Below are positions 27,087 to 36,614 of a stretch of 64,000 bases of DNA, in pieces. The DNA comes from Candidatus Sumerlaeaceae bacterium (GTDB lineage Bacteria; Sumerlaeota; Sumerlaeia; Sumerlaeales; Sumerlaeaceae): positions 1 through 64,000 of the forward strand of contig JBPCLP010000039.1 of the NCBI GenBank assembly GCA_051003195.1. The letters are read 5' to 3'. The stretch's first letter is position 1. Each line of letters begins with the position of its first letter. The position numbers and the translations under genes are program-made. The notes under the pieces were generated by a model. It searched no databases. It was not told where the DNA came from and worked only from the letters and a program-made list of their open reading frames with translations.

Positions 27087-27452
27087 ATGCCCAAGACAAT
27101 CCTGATTGCCGAAGACAATGACGATGTGCGGAACCTGATCAAGCTCAGCCTGCAGTTTAAGGGCTACAATATGATCGAGGCGGCCGACGGAGCTGCCGCA
27201 TTCCAGACGCTTGAGGATAACAGCGACATCGACCTGATGATCTCCGACATTGAAATGCCGATCATGAACGGGCTCGAACTGCTTGCGAAAGTGCGCGCAG
27301 ACGAACGATTTAAGGGTCTGCCGATCGTTATCTGCTCGGCCGAGAAGAACGTAACCGAAGACGACCTGCTCCATCGCGGTGCGAGCGCTTATCTGCTGAA
27401 GCCCATGCGGCCGATCGATCTTTTGTCGACGGTGCAGAAACTACTGGGCTAA
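27087..27452 (+). CDS. Stand-alone CheY-like response regulator receiver
   Basis: ILIAEDN, phospho-Asp in ISDIEMP, CSA and LLKP all intact; AAGGA RBS. Confidence 0.92.
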   Translation: MPKTILIAEDNDDVRNLIKLSLQFKGYNMIEAADGAAAFQTLEDNSDIDLMISDIEMPIMNGLELLAKVRADERFKGLPIVICSAEKNVTEDDLLHRGASAYLLKPMRPIDLLSTVQKLLG

Positions 27453-28532
27453 GTTATCCGCCGAACCGATGCCGAAGTCGCTGCTGGGAGTACGCCATAG
27501 CAAATGTGTGTGGTTGGCGGGGTTGCCCGCCGGGTCCGACTGAGCTGTATAGAGCAAAATCACGATCGACGGACCATAGATGCTCCAGCTGTGTGGCTTG
27601 TTCGGTTCTGTCGCACCAGCCCAGGTAAAGAACGTTGAAGCCAGCTCGGCGCGCGCTTTTTGCACCGCTGCATCAATAACCTGGGGAGGACCGTTGCCGA
27701 TTACCACACGAACGAGGGCGAGCAGTGTTTCCTGTTGGTCCGGGGACAAGTCTGCCGCCGCGATTCCGTGGCGATCGGGAATTCGCGGCTGTGCTTTACC
27801 GATCTCCTGCATATCGAGAGGCGTTGTGGTGGAAGCCACGGCCTTGCTGCGGGCAGGACTATCCAGCGCGCGGATCAACTGGAAGCCAAGTTCCTCTTCG
27901 TCGCGCAACAGCCGGGTACCTTTCGAAACGGAAGTTCCCCCGTTGTCGAAAACCTGAGCGGGATTGGCTCCGAAAAAGAGCGGTGTTGCGGAAACAATGC
28001 GCCCGCTGTGCATTGTTAGATTCACGGATAGATGATGCCCCTCGATGCCAAGCGCCCATCGGCCCAGTGGCGAAGGCTCGCCATAAACGCAGAAGTAATA
28101 TCGCATGGGATCCCGGACAGGGCCGCTCGACTTTTCAAGAGTGCCGATCACTTCCTCCTGCCGCATGATACCCAGGGCTTTCTCGTACCCTGTTGAGCTG
28201 AGAGAAGCCCGCAGCAAGGCTAACGCGCAATCGCGCTGCTTTGCAGTCATATCTGCAAGTGGCACGCCTTCCCGGTTGGCCGGCATGTAGTTCCAGTTGA
28301 ATCGCTGCGGGTCCTCAAGCGGGCGAGCTGCGCGGGTGCGCTGCTGTGCATCCAGCGATTGCAGGAACTGCTCCGCCACGGAAGTCAGGGCATCGAGATT
28401 TGTGGTCATTAGTGGAACCGTGGTTTGCGCAGGGCTGCCTGTGCAAGTCATCGTGCAAGTAAGCGCGCATAAAACAAGAAAGTCGGAAACCGCGCCCCGC
28501 TTCAGCATCCTGATACTTTGCAGTAAACTCAT
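27441..28532 (-). CDS. DUF3500 family secreted protein
   Basis: WNYMP, EGVPL, YYFCVYGEP, EGHHLSVN, TPLFFGANP, FTWAG, NHTH. Confidence 0.85.
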   Translation of the reverse strand: MSLLQSIRMLKRGAVSDFLVLCALTCTMTCTGSPAQTTVPLMTTNLDALTSVAEQFLQSLDAQQRTRAARPLEDPQRFNWNYMPANREGVPLADMTAKQRDCALALLRASLSSTGYEKALGIMRQEEVIGTLEKSSGPVRDPMRYYFCVYGEPSPLGRWALGIEGHHLSVNLTMHSGRIVSATPLFFGANPAQVFDNGGTSVSKGTRLLRDEEELGFQLIRALDSPARSKAVASTTTPLDMQEIGKAQPRIPDRHGIAAADLSPDQQETLLALVRVVIGNGPPQVIDAAVQKARAELASTFFTWAGATEPNKPHSWSIYGPSIVILLYTAQSDPAGNPANHTHLLWRTPSSDFGIGSADNLAQ

Positions 28533-28556
28533 ATGTCCGTCTCCGCTACTGGTTGG

Positions 28557-30149
28557 CTATTTATGTACATCATTAAACCGGTCGGCGTTATAGATGAGAG
28601 CCGGTGTCCAGCCCTTCAGTTGCGGCTGCACCGCATAATAGTTGCGCCGGTGGAACAGTGGCACCCACGGGCACTCCTCGATGATGAGATCTTCGGCAGC
28701 CTGGTACTTTTCGATTCGCGCATGGGCGTCACGTTCAGCGCGTGCAGCGTCGAGCAGTGCGTCCACTTCCGGATTCGCGAAGTGTGCGCCGTTGCCCTGC
28801 CGCGGAATGTTGCGAGAATGGAACGGCGGATACAGGGCATTCTCAATGTCCGGATAATCGAGCGTCCAGCTGCCGAGATAAAGATCCGCCTGCGCGTCGT
28901 GTACTCCCATGCGTAGTGCTGCCTGGTCGCGCGGCACCAGGGTCACTTCAATGCCGGCCTCGGCAAGGCTCTCCTTCACCGCCCCACATATCTCGCTTTC
29001 GAGCGGAGCCTGGCGGAACCATAGATTAAGCTGTATCTTTTCACTCATCCTGGCTTCTGCGAGCAGTGTCTTCGCCCGGGCCACATCGTGTGGCATTAAT
29101 CCTGGGTTTTCTCGATAACCCGGAATTCCAGGAGGAACCGGGCCATGAGCCAATACGCCGCGACTTTTCTGCAGCCGCTGAAAAATGGTCTGGCGATCTA
29201 TGGCATGCGTGATCGCCTGCCGGATACGCCGATCTGCCAGCTTAGGTTTGCTGTTCATGATGCCAATAAAATCTGTGCGCAGCTCCTGCACCGACGTCGT
29301 TGCGGCGCGCTTCGCATCTCGCATCCAGTTATCGTGCACTTGGAAACCAATTTGACAGATATCGAGATTGCCTGTTTCGAACTGCCGCATGCGGACAAGG
29401 TCATCCACCTGGAGGTGGTACACCAAACGATTCAATTTCGGCTTAGCGCCCCAGTAATGTGGGTTCGCGCTGAACTCCAGGCGCTGGTCGTGGAGCCATT
29501 TATCCAGCTTCCAGGGCCCGGAACCAACCGGCTTTTGATCGAAGGATGCATCCGGAGTGCTTACCCCAGCGGAACCCTCAGGTATAATGACGGAATTCGG
29601 CATCGCAAGTATGGTGAGGAACACAGGATAAGGCTCGCGCAGGGTGATGGCCACGGTGCGCGCGTCGGGTGTAAGCAGCCCACTTAATACCTTTGTAGTG
29701 CCGGACGTCACCTCCGCCGCGCCCACGATCCGGTCCAGCACCCACTTGCGGTCGCTATTCGTCTCGGGCAAAAGTATGCGCGTAAAGGAGTAGCGTACGT
29801 CGGCGGACGTGACCGGCTTTCCAGTGGCAAACGCCGCATCGCGCAGGTAGAACGTGTAGGTTCGACCGCCTGGAGAAATCTCCCACCTTTCCGCCAGGCC
29901 CGGCTGCACATCCGCACCTTTTCCGAAGATAACGAGGCCATCATAGATGAACCCACTCACAATGCCCTCGTACAAATCTTTGACGAAAGCCGGATCGAGA
30001 TGGCGCGGTTCGTCCGGCTGAGAGTAGTTCAGTGTGTTGGCGCTCCGAAGCGCCTTCTCTTGTTTGCGCTCATACGAGCACGCGCAAAGGCCGAAAACCC
30101 ACAATAGAGTTAGGAGCTGAAGGGCGCCACGATTCGAAGCAATGCACAC
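28557..30149 (-). CDS. ABC transporter substrate-binding lipoprotein (family 5, peptide/nickel)
   Basis: Lipobox-like LCAC, LDPA, GLAERWEIS, PVGSGPW, RIRQAITHAID; no permease genes adjacent. Confidence 0.9.
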   Translation of the reverse strand: MCIASNRGALQLLTLLWVFGLCACSYERKQEKALRSANTLNYSQPDEPRHLDPAFVKDLYEGIVSGFIYDGLVIFGKGADVQPGLAERWEISPGGRTYTFYLRDAAFATGKPVTSADVRYSFTRILLPETNSDRKWVLDRIVGAAEVTSGTTKVLSGLLTPDARTVAITLREPYPVFLTILAMPNSVIIPEGSAGVSTPDASFDQKPVGSGPWKLDKWLHDQRLEFSANPHYWGAKPKLNRLVYHLQVDDLVRMRQFETGNLDICQIGFQVHDNWMRDAKRAATTSVQELRTDFIGIMNSKPKLADRRIRQAITHAIDRQTIFQRLQKSRGVLAHGPVPPGIPGYRENPGLMPHDVARAKTLLAEARMSEKIQLNLWFRQAPLESEICGAVKESLAEAGIEVTLVPRDQAALRMGVHDAQADLYLGSWTLDYPDIENALYPPFHSRNIPRQGNGAHFANPEVDALLDAARAERDAHARIEKYQAAEDLIIEECPWVPLFHRRNYYAVQPQLKGWTPALIYNADRFNDVHK

Positions 30150-30328
30150 AGGGTAAAATCAAGACCTCGACAGGGCAGCCGCAAGTGCATTAAATAGTAA
30201 CCGCCGGTAACCAACTGCAGGTGTTCAGGGCCGGCACGATCATCACGTATGATGTCGAGGGTAACTTCCAGGCGATGTTCCAGGAAGCCGTCCCCGCTTC
30301 TCAGTTTGCCGCTACACTTTCGAAGTAG

Positions 30329-33300
30329 TTAGAAGGAAAGGTTTATCTGCCGAGGCGTGCCGGGCGCTATTTCGACATCCTGTCCTGGCTGGTCTTCCAG
30401 GCCAACATTGTAAGTGCCCGGTTCAATTTCCACATTGAAGCTGCCGCTTGCCTCAAGCTGCACGGTGCGGCCCTCGCCTCCACCTGATTTCGGAGAGAAG
30501 AGGATCGTGCTGGCGCTGCCGTCTTCGTGTGTGGGCGGCTTTCCTCCGAGTCGCACTGTTCCTGTAACGCGCACCAATGCCGGAAGGTCGATGTCCTTCT
30601 TCGTATCGATGTCCGTAATATCCACGTCGATCGTACGTCGGGTTGTGGCTTCGCCGGTGCCCGCGGGAGCTTCAATCGTGAGGGCATACTTCCCGGCCGG
30701 GAAGCCCTGTAATGTATAATGGCCCGCGGCATCTGAAACCGCCGACGCGACCGGGCTTTCGCTGTTTCCAGGGGAAGCGAGAAACAGTAGCGCATCCTGA
30801 ACTGGTTTGCGGTCCAGCGTTATTGTACCGGCAAGTGCACCCGGCGCGTTTGAGAGCAGCAGTTGGATCGCAGTTTCGCTGGACGCCTGCAACGTTTCTT
30901 CATGCTCCGGGTAGCCGAAGGCGACCACCTTAAAAACCACGGCGCCGAATGGAGCGTTCTGGATTTCAAAGCTGCCCGCCGCATCGGAATATACGGTACG
31001 GGGCTCACTGCCCTCGATGGCATTGAACTGTGCGGAGGGATGAATCGAAATTGCCGCACCGGGAATTCCTTTCTGAGAAGATTTATCCAACACACGCCCT
31101 CGCAAGGTCGCCTGTTTCGGTGCTTCGATGGTAATCTCGATATTTGCAGAATCACCGGCGAGGTACACCGGCTGCGATTCTATGTACGCTCCTCCACCCG
31201 AAATCGCCGCCTTGTACCAGCCAGGCGAAAGATCCCGAAACTGCGCAATATCCTGGGCCAATTCCGCGCGGTGTAACTCGGAAAATGCTCCCGCATGCGG
31301 CGGCTGGGTTACGGGGATAAGCCCGTCCAGTACACCCAGGAGTAACGCAGTGAACGGACGCAGGTTAGCGGGCTGTGCAGCCGGGGTTCCGTTCAGTTTG
31401 ACCGTTACACTGGCCTTACGCTTAAGTCGAATCACGAGATCGCGCTGCGGCAACGCCAGTGGGCCGGGCCGCTCGTAATCGGCGAATCCTCCAGAGCGGA
31501 TGATCAGCCGCTCCAGCTTATCCGCAGGAATCGCATGCATAAGCACTCGGCCTGCGATATCGGTTTTGCGCGATACCTGCCTGCCGTTCAGTCCATCCAT
31601 ATAGTGGACTACCACTTCCGCTTCTGCAATGGGAGCATCGGCGGCATCCACAACGCTGATGCCAAAATCACTCCCGGAGAATTTCAGCCGGACGGAGCTG
31701 GTCGTGGAAGCTGCAGCACTTCCGGCCTTAAATGTGCCCGAGGCAATCCCGACAAAGTCCTGGTGTGAAGCAGCCAGCTGTACCTCCTGGTTGTTCGCGA
31801 GTTTCGGAATCTGAAACTCCCCGCGCGCATCGCTTCGCGCGTTCGGATATTTCGCAAGGTCATATGCGCTGGGCGACCGCGACACCTTCTGGCCAGGCTG
31901 TATGGCCAGAACAAGTGCTCCTGTGACAGGCACATCTTTCTCATCGACGACCAGGCCCGCGAGAGTTACCATCGAACGCAGCCGAAGCTCGATGTTCGGA
32001 GCGCTTGTGGTGGTGTAAGCCTCGACCCGTTGTGGCTCCGCCGCCAAACCATTAGGTGTCGTTGCTTTCGCCTCGTATCGGCCGCCCGGGTAAACTCCCA
32101 GCTTGAATTCGCCGGAGCCATTTGAGTTCGTCGAAAACTCCGCACGCTGCTCGCGTTCCTCGCCGGACTTTCCTGTACGCAAGACCGGCCCGTCGAGTGA
32201 ATGCAGCTCCACCTGCGCATCGGCCACCGGAGAACCGGTGCTGTCTACCACACGCCCTTGCACCAGCGCCCGCTTTCGAAGCGTCAGAAGAATGTCGCTT
32301 CGGTCTTCGCCGCCAGCCGGAGGAACATCGTAATAGTCTCGCATCTGACCACCGGGAAGTACACGCACGAATCGAAACGTATCGAAGCGCAACGTGTAGT
32401 GTTCCAGCGCGTCGATGTCATCAAACTGGAAGTGGCCGGTCGCATCAGTCACAGAAGAATTCCGCGAGCTATTCGCCGCAAGCGCGACTCCTATTCCACC
32501 GAGCGGCTGCGAGGTCTCTTCATTGATCGCATGGCCTGCAATGCTTGCACCCTGGTTCAGTAGCAGCGTGAGCGAGGTCGGTGCGCCCGGACCGGCGACC
32601 GCCAGTGCACGCGCGCTTTGCTGGCCGGTCCCGCGGCCGATGTAGGGCTTAAACAGCCACTCGCGCGAGGGCAGGTTCGGAAAGGCAAACTGGCCCTGTT
32701 CATCCGTGATGTCGTAGAGTCGTGTCTGGGCATCCACCGCTTCAACGTAGATTCCGGGCTGCGGCAGTTTGTCTTTAGTGCCAATGAGCACACCAGTGAT
32801 CGTCGTTCCTCCGCGATACACCATAAGCTGCATAGGCGCGCCTGTTCGTCCCGTGATAAGTGTCGGCTGGATGTCGTGCGCGCGTACGAGAAACGCATAT
32901 TTGTGAATCGGGAGATTTGCCACGCTGAAAGCGCCCCGCTCATTGGTGCGTGCGAATATCAGCGGGCAAACTGTGGGATGCGGCGCATCCTGCGGACCGT
33001 GCTCACATTTCGCCGGCGGTTCTACGGGCCCGATCAGCGCGTTCGGAATGGAAACCCCGCGGTCATCGATCAGCGTACCAAGCAGTGGCGCGGCAGGTGG
33101 CAAAACAATGCGAGGCGGGAGCTTATCCGCATAGTATGCAATCATTCCATACCCCGGCTTTTCAACCAGCAAGAGGCTGCCCCTGGGCGCATCTTTGGGT
33201 GGATCAAAGCCACCCCGGGAGTCCGTCAGGGTGACTGTGGTTTCCTGCAGCAGCTCGGGCAAAGGTGCTGCAGGTCGCAGCTGCAGTTTGACCACCGCTT

Positions 33301-33514
33301 CCGCCACCGGCAAATTCCGGAAGTCCGTAACACGGATTTTATCTGCGTGTGCTTTTGTGGCCGCAGTACTGTCTTCCGCGGGTCCGCGTGCGCCGACCGC
33401 GAATGACGAGCAAAGCAGGATACCCACAATAAGAAGGGCTGAAACACACAGTCGATTCTTGCGCCGCAGGAACTGCGACGCACGTACCGATGCAAAATGG
33501 ATAGTTGGGCTCAC
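30329..33514 (-). CDS. Large secreted protein with multiple carboxypeptidase-regulatory-like (prealbumin/Ig) repeats
   Basis: Repeated G.V.D..G.P..GA.V...(T/S)D..G.F motifs; signal peptide. Confidence 0.8.
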   Translation of the reverse strand: MSPTIHFASVRASQFLRRKNRLCVSALLIVGILLCSSFAVGARGPAEDSTAATKAHADKIRVTDFRNLPVAEAVVKLQLRPAAPLPELLQETTVTLTDSRGGFDPPKDAPRGSLLLVEKPGYGMIAYYADKLPPRIVLPPAAPLLGTLIDDRGVSIPNALIGPVEPPAKCEHGPQDAPHPTVCPLIFARTNERGAFSVANLPIHKYAFLVRAHDIQPTLITGRTGAPMQLMVYRGGTTITGVLIGTKDKLPQPGIYVEAVDAQTRLYDITDEQGQFAFPNLPSREWLFKPYIGRGTGQQSARALAVAGPGAPTSLTLLLNQGASIAGHAINEETSQPLGGIGVALAANSSRNSSVTDATGHFQFDDIDALEHYTLRFDTFRFVRVLPGGQMRDYYDVPPAGGEDRSDILLTLRKRALVQGRVVDSTGSPVADAQVELHSLDGPVLRTGKSGEEREQRAEFSTNSNGSGEFKLGVYPGGRYEAKATTPNGLAAEPQRVEAYTTTSAPNIELRLRSMVTLAGLVVDEKDVPVTGALVLAIQPGQKVSRSPSAYDLAKYPNARSDARGEFQIPKLANNQEVQLAASHQDFVGIASGTFKAGSAAASTTSSVRLKFSGSDFGISVVDAADAPIAEAEVVVHYMDGLNGRQVSRKTDIAGRVLMHAIPADKLERLIIRSGGFADYERPGPLALPQRDLVIRLKRKASVTVKLNGTPAAQPANLRPFTALLLGVLDGLIPVTQPPHAGAFSELHRAELAQDIAQFRDLSPGWYKAAISGGGAYIESQPVYLAGDSANIEITIEAPKQATLRGRVLDKSSQKGIPGAAISIHPSAQFNAIEGSEPRTVYSDAAGSFEIQNAPFGAVVFKVVAFGYPEHEETLQASSETAIQLLLSNAPGALAGTITLDRKPVQDALLFLASPGNSESPVASAVSDAAGHYTLQGFPAGKYALTIEAPAGTGEATTRRTIDVDITDIDTKKDIDLPALVRVTGTVRLGGKPPTHEDGSASTILFSPKSGGGEGRTVQLEASGSFNVEIEPGTYNVGLEDQPGQDVEIAPGTPRQINLSF

Positions 33515-33518
33515 ACTA

Positions 33519-34493
33519 CTATTGCGGCGGCGTCTGTGATCCGTTAGGATTAATCGGTAGCGGCATTACGCCGGGCGCCGGTGGGGGATACAGTCCGACC
33601 AGTTTCCAGTTCTTTGGCAGGAACAACGGATTTGGATTCGGAGAAACAGTGAACGAACCACCGCCATCAGTTACGTTTGCTTCAAAGCCCTTGATAAGCC
33701 ACCCGCCGACTTCGTCAGCGTGTGCTGCCGCAAGTTCCGGATTGGGAAATCCACTGTAGGCAGCAATGGCCATGTACCATGCTTCCGAATCTGAAACACC
33801 ACTGGCGAGTGCGTCCTCGTGGTATTTAGCGAGCAGCGCGGCAGACCCGAGAATGTTTAGCTTCTGGTCCTGGAGCAGCTCTTCCTTCGATTTCCCCAGA
33901 AGCGAAGCTGCCTCCGCGGCAGTGTCGACAATGTTATTTTCCCTCAGGTTCATTACACCAAACCCGGCATCCATCGAATGGCCGCCGTCGCGATGAGTTC
34001 CCCCAGACTCCACATAGGCGAGCGCCGCGAGAAGCTCGCTGGGCACGTTGTACTGTTTTGCTGCCTGTTGGAATGCCGGTGCAAGCTCTGTTGGCTTTAC
34101 TTTCTCCGGATCTATCTTACGGTACTTAAAGGCGTTGCGCTGAGCGGTTTCATAGCGCTCACGCTCGCGTGTCTCTGCTTCGGTTTCTCCTAACGAATTG
34201 GTGGTGGGAGCGTCAGCGATGATCGTGACGGTAGTACGCTTGTCCACAACAAGAGCGTTTGTGCCGGACCCGGTTGTTGCGTTGTCGGCTTTTACTTTCG
34301 TATTTGATGCATTAGAAGCTGCATTAAAATGCCCGGCACGCGAGCGCCTGTTGTTCGGGTCATTTTCGTCGTCTGCCTTGGAGCCCCCGCTACCGGCATT
34401 TCGCTGATTGCGGGTGGCAAGTGTGCCAAGCCCGCCGATGAACAGGGCCGCAATCGCGACCCCAATGAGAAGTTTAACGCGCTGAGGATTCAT
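33519..34493 (-). CDS. Membrane-anchored lytic transglycosylase-like (SLT) protein
   Basis: N-terminal TM; AFQQAAKQYNVP..LLAALAYVES (catalytic Glu), GFGVMNL, NILGSAALL, AIAAYSG. Confidence 0.7.
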   Translation of the reverse strand: MNPQRVKLLIGVAIAALFIGGLGTLATRNQRNAGSGGSKADDENDPNNRRSRAGHFNAASNASNTKVKADNATTGSGTNALVVDKRTTVTIIADAPTTNSLGETEAETRERERYETAQRNAFKYRKIDPEKVKPTELAPAFQQAAKQYNVPSELLAALAYVESGGTHRDGGHSMDAGFGVMNLRENNIVDTAAEAASLLGKSKEELLQDQKLNILGSAALLAKYHEDALASGVSDSEAWYMAIAAYSGFPNPELAAAHADEVGGWLIKGFEANVTDGGGSFTVSPNPNPLFLPKNWKLVGLYPPPAPGVMPLPINPNGSQTPPQ

Positions 34494-34548
34494 AACGTCT
34501 GGTCACCTCGGAATAAATGTTGGAGCCGCAGCTCCAGAAGGAATTGCG

Positions 34549-36576
34549 TCATTTTATGGCCTGCACGCTGGCCGAAGTTTCGTTACTTTGCGACGCGGTC
34601 ATATCGCGTTGCGCCGCTTTAATGATTTCCGGTGCTGGCAGGTCGGGTCCTGGACACGTCGGACATGGCCCTTCCGGCTCGCCGATTCGGCGTTGCGTGA
34701 TCTCGCCCGTGATGCCGGAATACTTCAACACAAAGCCGTCTTTAGCCGCATCATCCGCCGGCGTTGCGGTGTAAGTTATCAGGCAGTCCGTCGGGCTCGT
34801 CGGCACGTCTTCCGAATAGGAGATTTCGACACGTGTGGAAAGACGAAGCCGGTTGTTGTGCTTGGCCCCGAAGTCGCCCATTCCACGATCGACTGCATGG
34901 CGAAACAGCGAGTCCGTATCGAATCTCCATAGTGTTGCGTATGGCAGGTACGCCGGGCAGCTGGTGAATTCGGCCGAGCCGTCGGACAGCATTGCGGGTG
35001 CCTCGGAAATCAGTTCCGAACTGGCGCCTGAACTGTTTACGTACGTGATTCGCCACTGCGTGTGACGCCCCGCAGTGTTGAACCAGTTGTGACCCGATAC
35101 CTCGTGTTCGCGCGCGTCTGAAATTTCAACGATGCGGGCATCACCTGGAATTTTATCCGCGACATGAACCAGGCCCTCCAGTGCGGTGATCCACTGCGAT
35201 GGCTGTTTAAGAATAACCTGCCAGTTTCGCTTTCTGAGCTCGCTCTCGATTACTTCGTTCTCAGCGACAGGGCGACGTTCCAGCCGCATGCTTTCGGCAA
35301 TTCCTTCGCGGTACATCTCAAAAGTTGGTGTGGTCTTTTTGTTCTCGCTCTTATACTCATGAAACTTTGCCGCAAAGCGCTGACGCAACTCGCGGTCCGT
35401 CGGTTCTTTTACGCGCGAAGCTGCATGGGAATCGATGTACCACGTGGAGAGATGCTGCAGGTCCCAATAATAAAGCGCCTGCTTCGTTTCTTCACGGTTC
35501 AGATATCCACGGCTACGGGCGGCCTCGGCCAGTATGAGAGGTGTGATGAATTGTCCCAGTCGCGTGCGTTCATGTTGCGAAGCCTGTACCGCCGGTCCGC
35601 GCACTCTGCCATTCAGGTCTTCGAATTCCTGGCGTGTGACCAGCGTCGCACCAACGGTGGCGATCACATCATTCCACCGCGCACCAGCCTTGCGCTGCAA
35701 CAGGGCGTCATCCTGCTGTACGGCCAGTTCTTTGCGCAGCGTCGACATCAGCTCTTTCAGCAGCCGCTCTCCCTCACGGTCTCTTATGCGCGCTTCCAGC
35801 GCCTGCCCGGCATCACTGAAGCTGGCAAGGCCACCCGTTGTTTTGGCTTCGGTGCGCGCAATGAAGTAGTTGGGCCCGACCTGCAATGGGCCTGTCGTAT
35901 TACCGATGGGTGTCGCGAGAGCGGCGTTAAGAATTTCCTGTGGCGGTGGAATGGCAGTGTGCTGCTTCGGATTCGGAAACGGGCCGAGTACTCTGCCGAG
36001 ATACCGTGGACTCACTTCGCTGATCTCGCGCTCTACGGCAACAAAGTCTTCGCCTCCCTGAATGCGCGCGGCGGCGGAAGTTGCAACGTCCGCACTTTTC
36101 GTACGAATGTACCGCAGCGTGACAGTAGGCGTTATGAGAAAATCCTCTGGATGCGCTTTGAATTCGCGCTCCTGTGCCTCGCGCGAAACATCGATCTTGT
36201 TCAGGAGATTGTCGCGCAGCATCACAAAGTCCAGGTACTCCTGCAGAAAATACTCGCGCCCTCGCAGGTAAGCGGGGTCGTGGTGGCGCCCAAGCGCGAG
36301 AGCCGGCGTCGTAAAGATGATGCACTTTCCAAGTTCACGGCAGATAAAATGGCGCCACTGGCGTGAGTTGGCAGCATAAGGCACCCGCTGTGACACAGGC
36401 AGCTCGCGCGCAAATACCTCGGTCTCACGCAGCGTGAGTTCACCACCATCAAAAGTCGCCAGTACCGGATTTTCCGGAGAAGTGGCGGCATGTAGAACGC
36501 AATTACCCGGACAGATAATCAGGCACGCCAGCAGCACCCGTTTCGGTAAACAATTTCCAATCACGTTCAAATGCAT
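34549..36576 (-). CDS. Secreted parvulin/PpiC-type peptidyl-prolyl isomerase (SurA/PrsA-like) with extra C-terminal domain
   Basis: VLATFDGGELT, VTLRYIR...GEDFVAVEREIS, GNTTGPLQ, second VIATVGATLVT repeat. Confidence 0.7.
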   Translation of the reverse strand: MHLNVIGNCLPKRVLLACLIICPGNCVLHAATSPENPVLATFDGGELTLRETEVFARELPVSQRVPYAANSRQWRHFICRELGKCIIFTTPALALGRHHDPAYLRGREYFLQEYLDFVMLRDNLLNKIDVSREAQEREFKAHPEDFLITPTVTLRYIRTKSADVATSAAARIQGGEDFVAVEREISEVSPRYLGRVLGPFPNPKQHTAIPPPQEILNAALATPIGNTTGPLQVGPNYFIARTEAKTTGGLASFSDAGQALEARIRDREGERLLKELMSTLRKELAVQQDDALLQRKAGARWNDVIATVGATLVTRQEFEDLNGRVRGPAVQASQHERTRLGQFITPLILAEAARSRGYLNREETKQALYYWDLQHLSTWYIDSHAASRVKEPTDRELRQRFAAKFHEYKSENKKTTPTFEMYREGIAESMRLERRPVAENEVIESELRKRNWQVILKQPSQWITALEGLVHVADKIPGDARIVEISDAREHEVSGHNWFNTAGRHTQWRITYVNSSGASSELISEAPAMLSDGSAEFTSCPAYLPYATLWRFDTDSLFRHAVDRGMGDFGAKHNNRLRLSTRVEISYSEDVPTSPTDCLITYTATPADDAAKDGFVLKYSGITGEITQRRIGEPEGPCPTCPGPDLPAPEIIKAAQRDMTASQSNETSASVQAIK

Positions 36577-36614
36577 TCAGCTCCGAACTTCAAATCTCAA
36601 GAGTGGATACAGCT

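Noticed and set aside
26469..27374. 301-aa minus-strand ORF
   Set aside because: Antisense to the kaiC-like and receiver genes.
33512..33521. CACACTA at the SLT/Ig-protein junction as another repeat copy
   Set aside because: Only 7 bp match, explained by stop codon plus GTG start; no flanking similarity.
35164..36366. 400-aa plus-strand ORF
   Set aside because: Antisense to the PPIase gene; no motifs.
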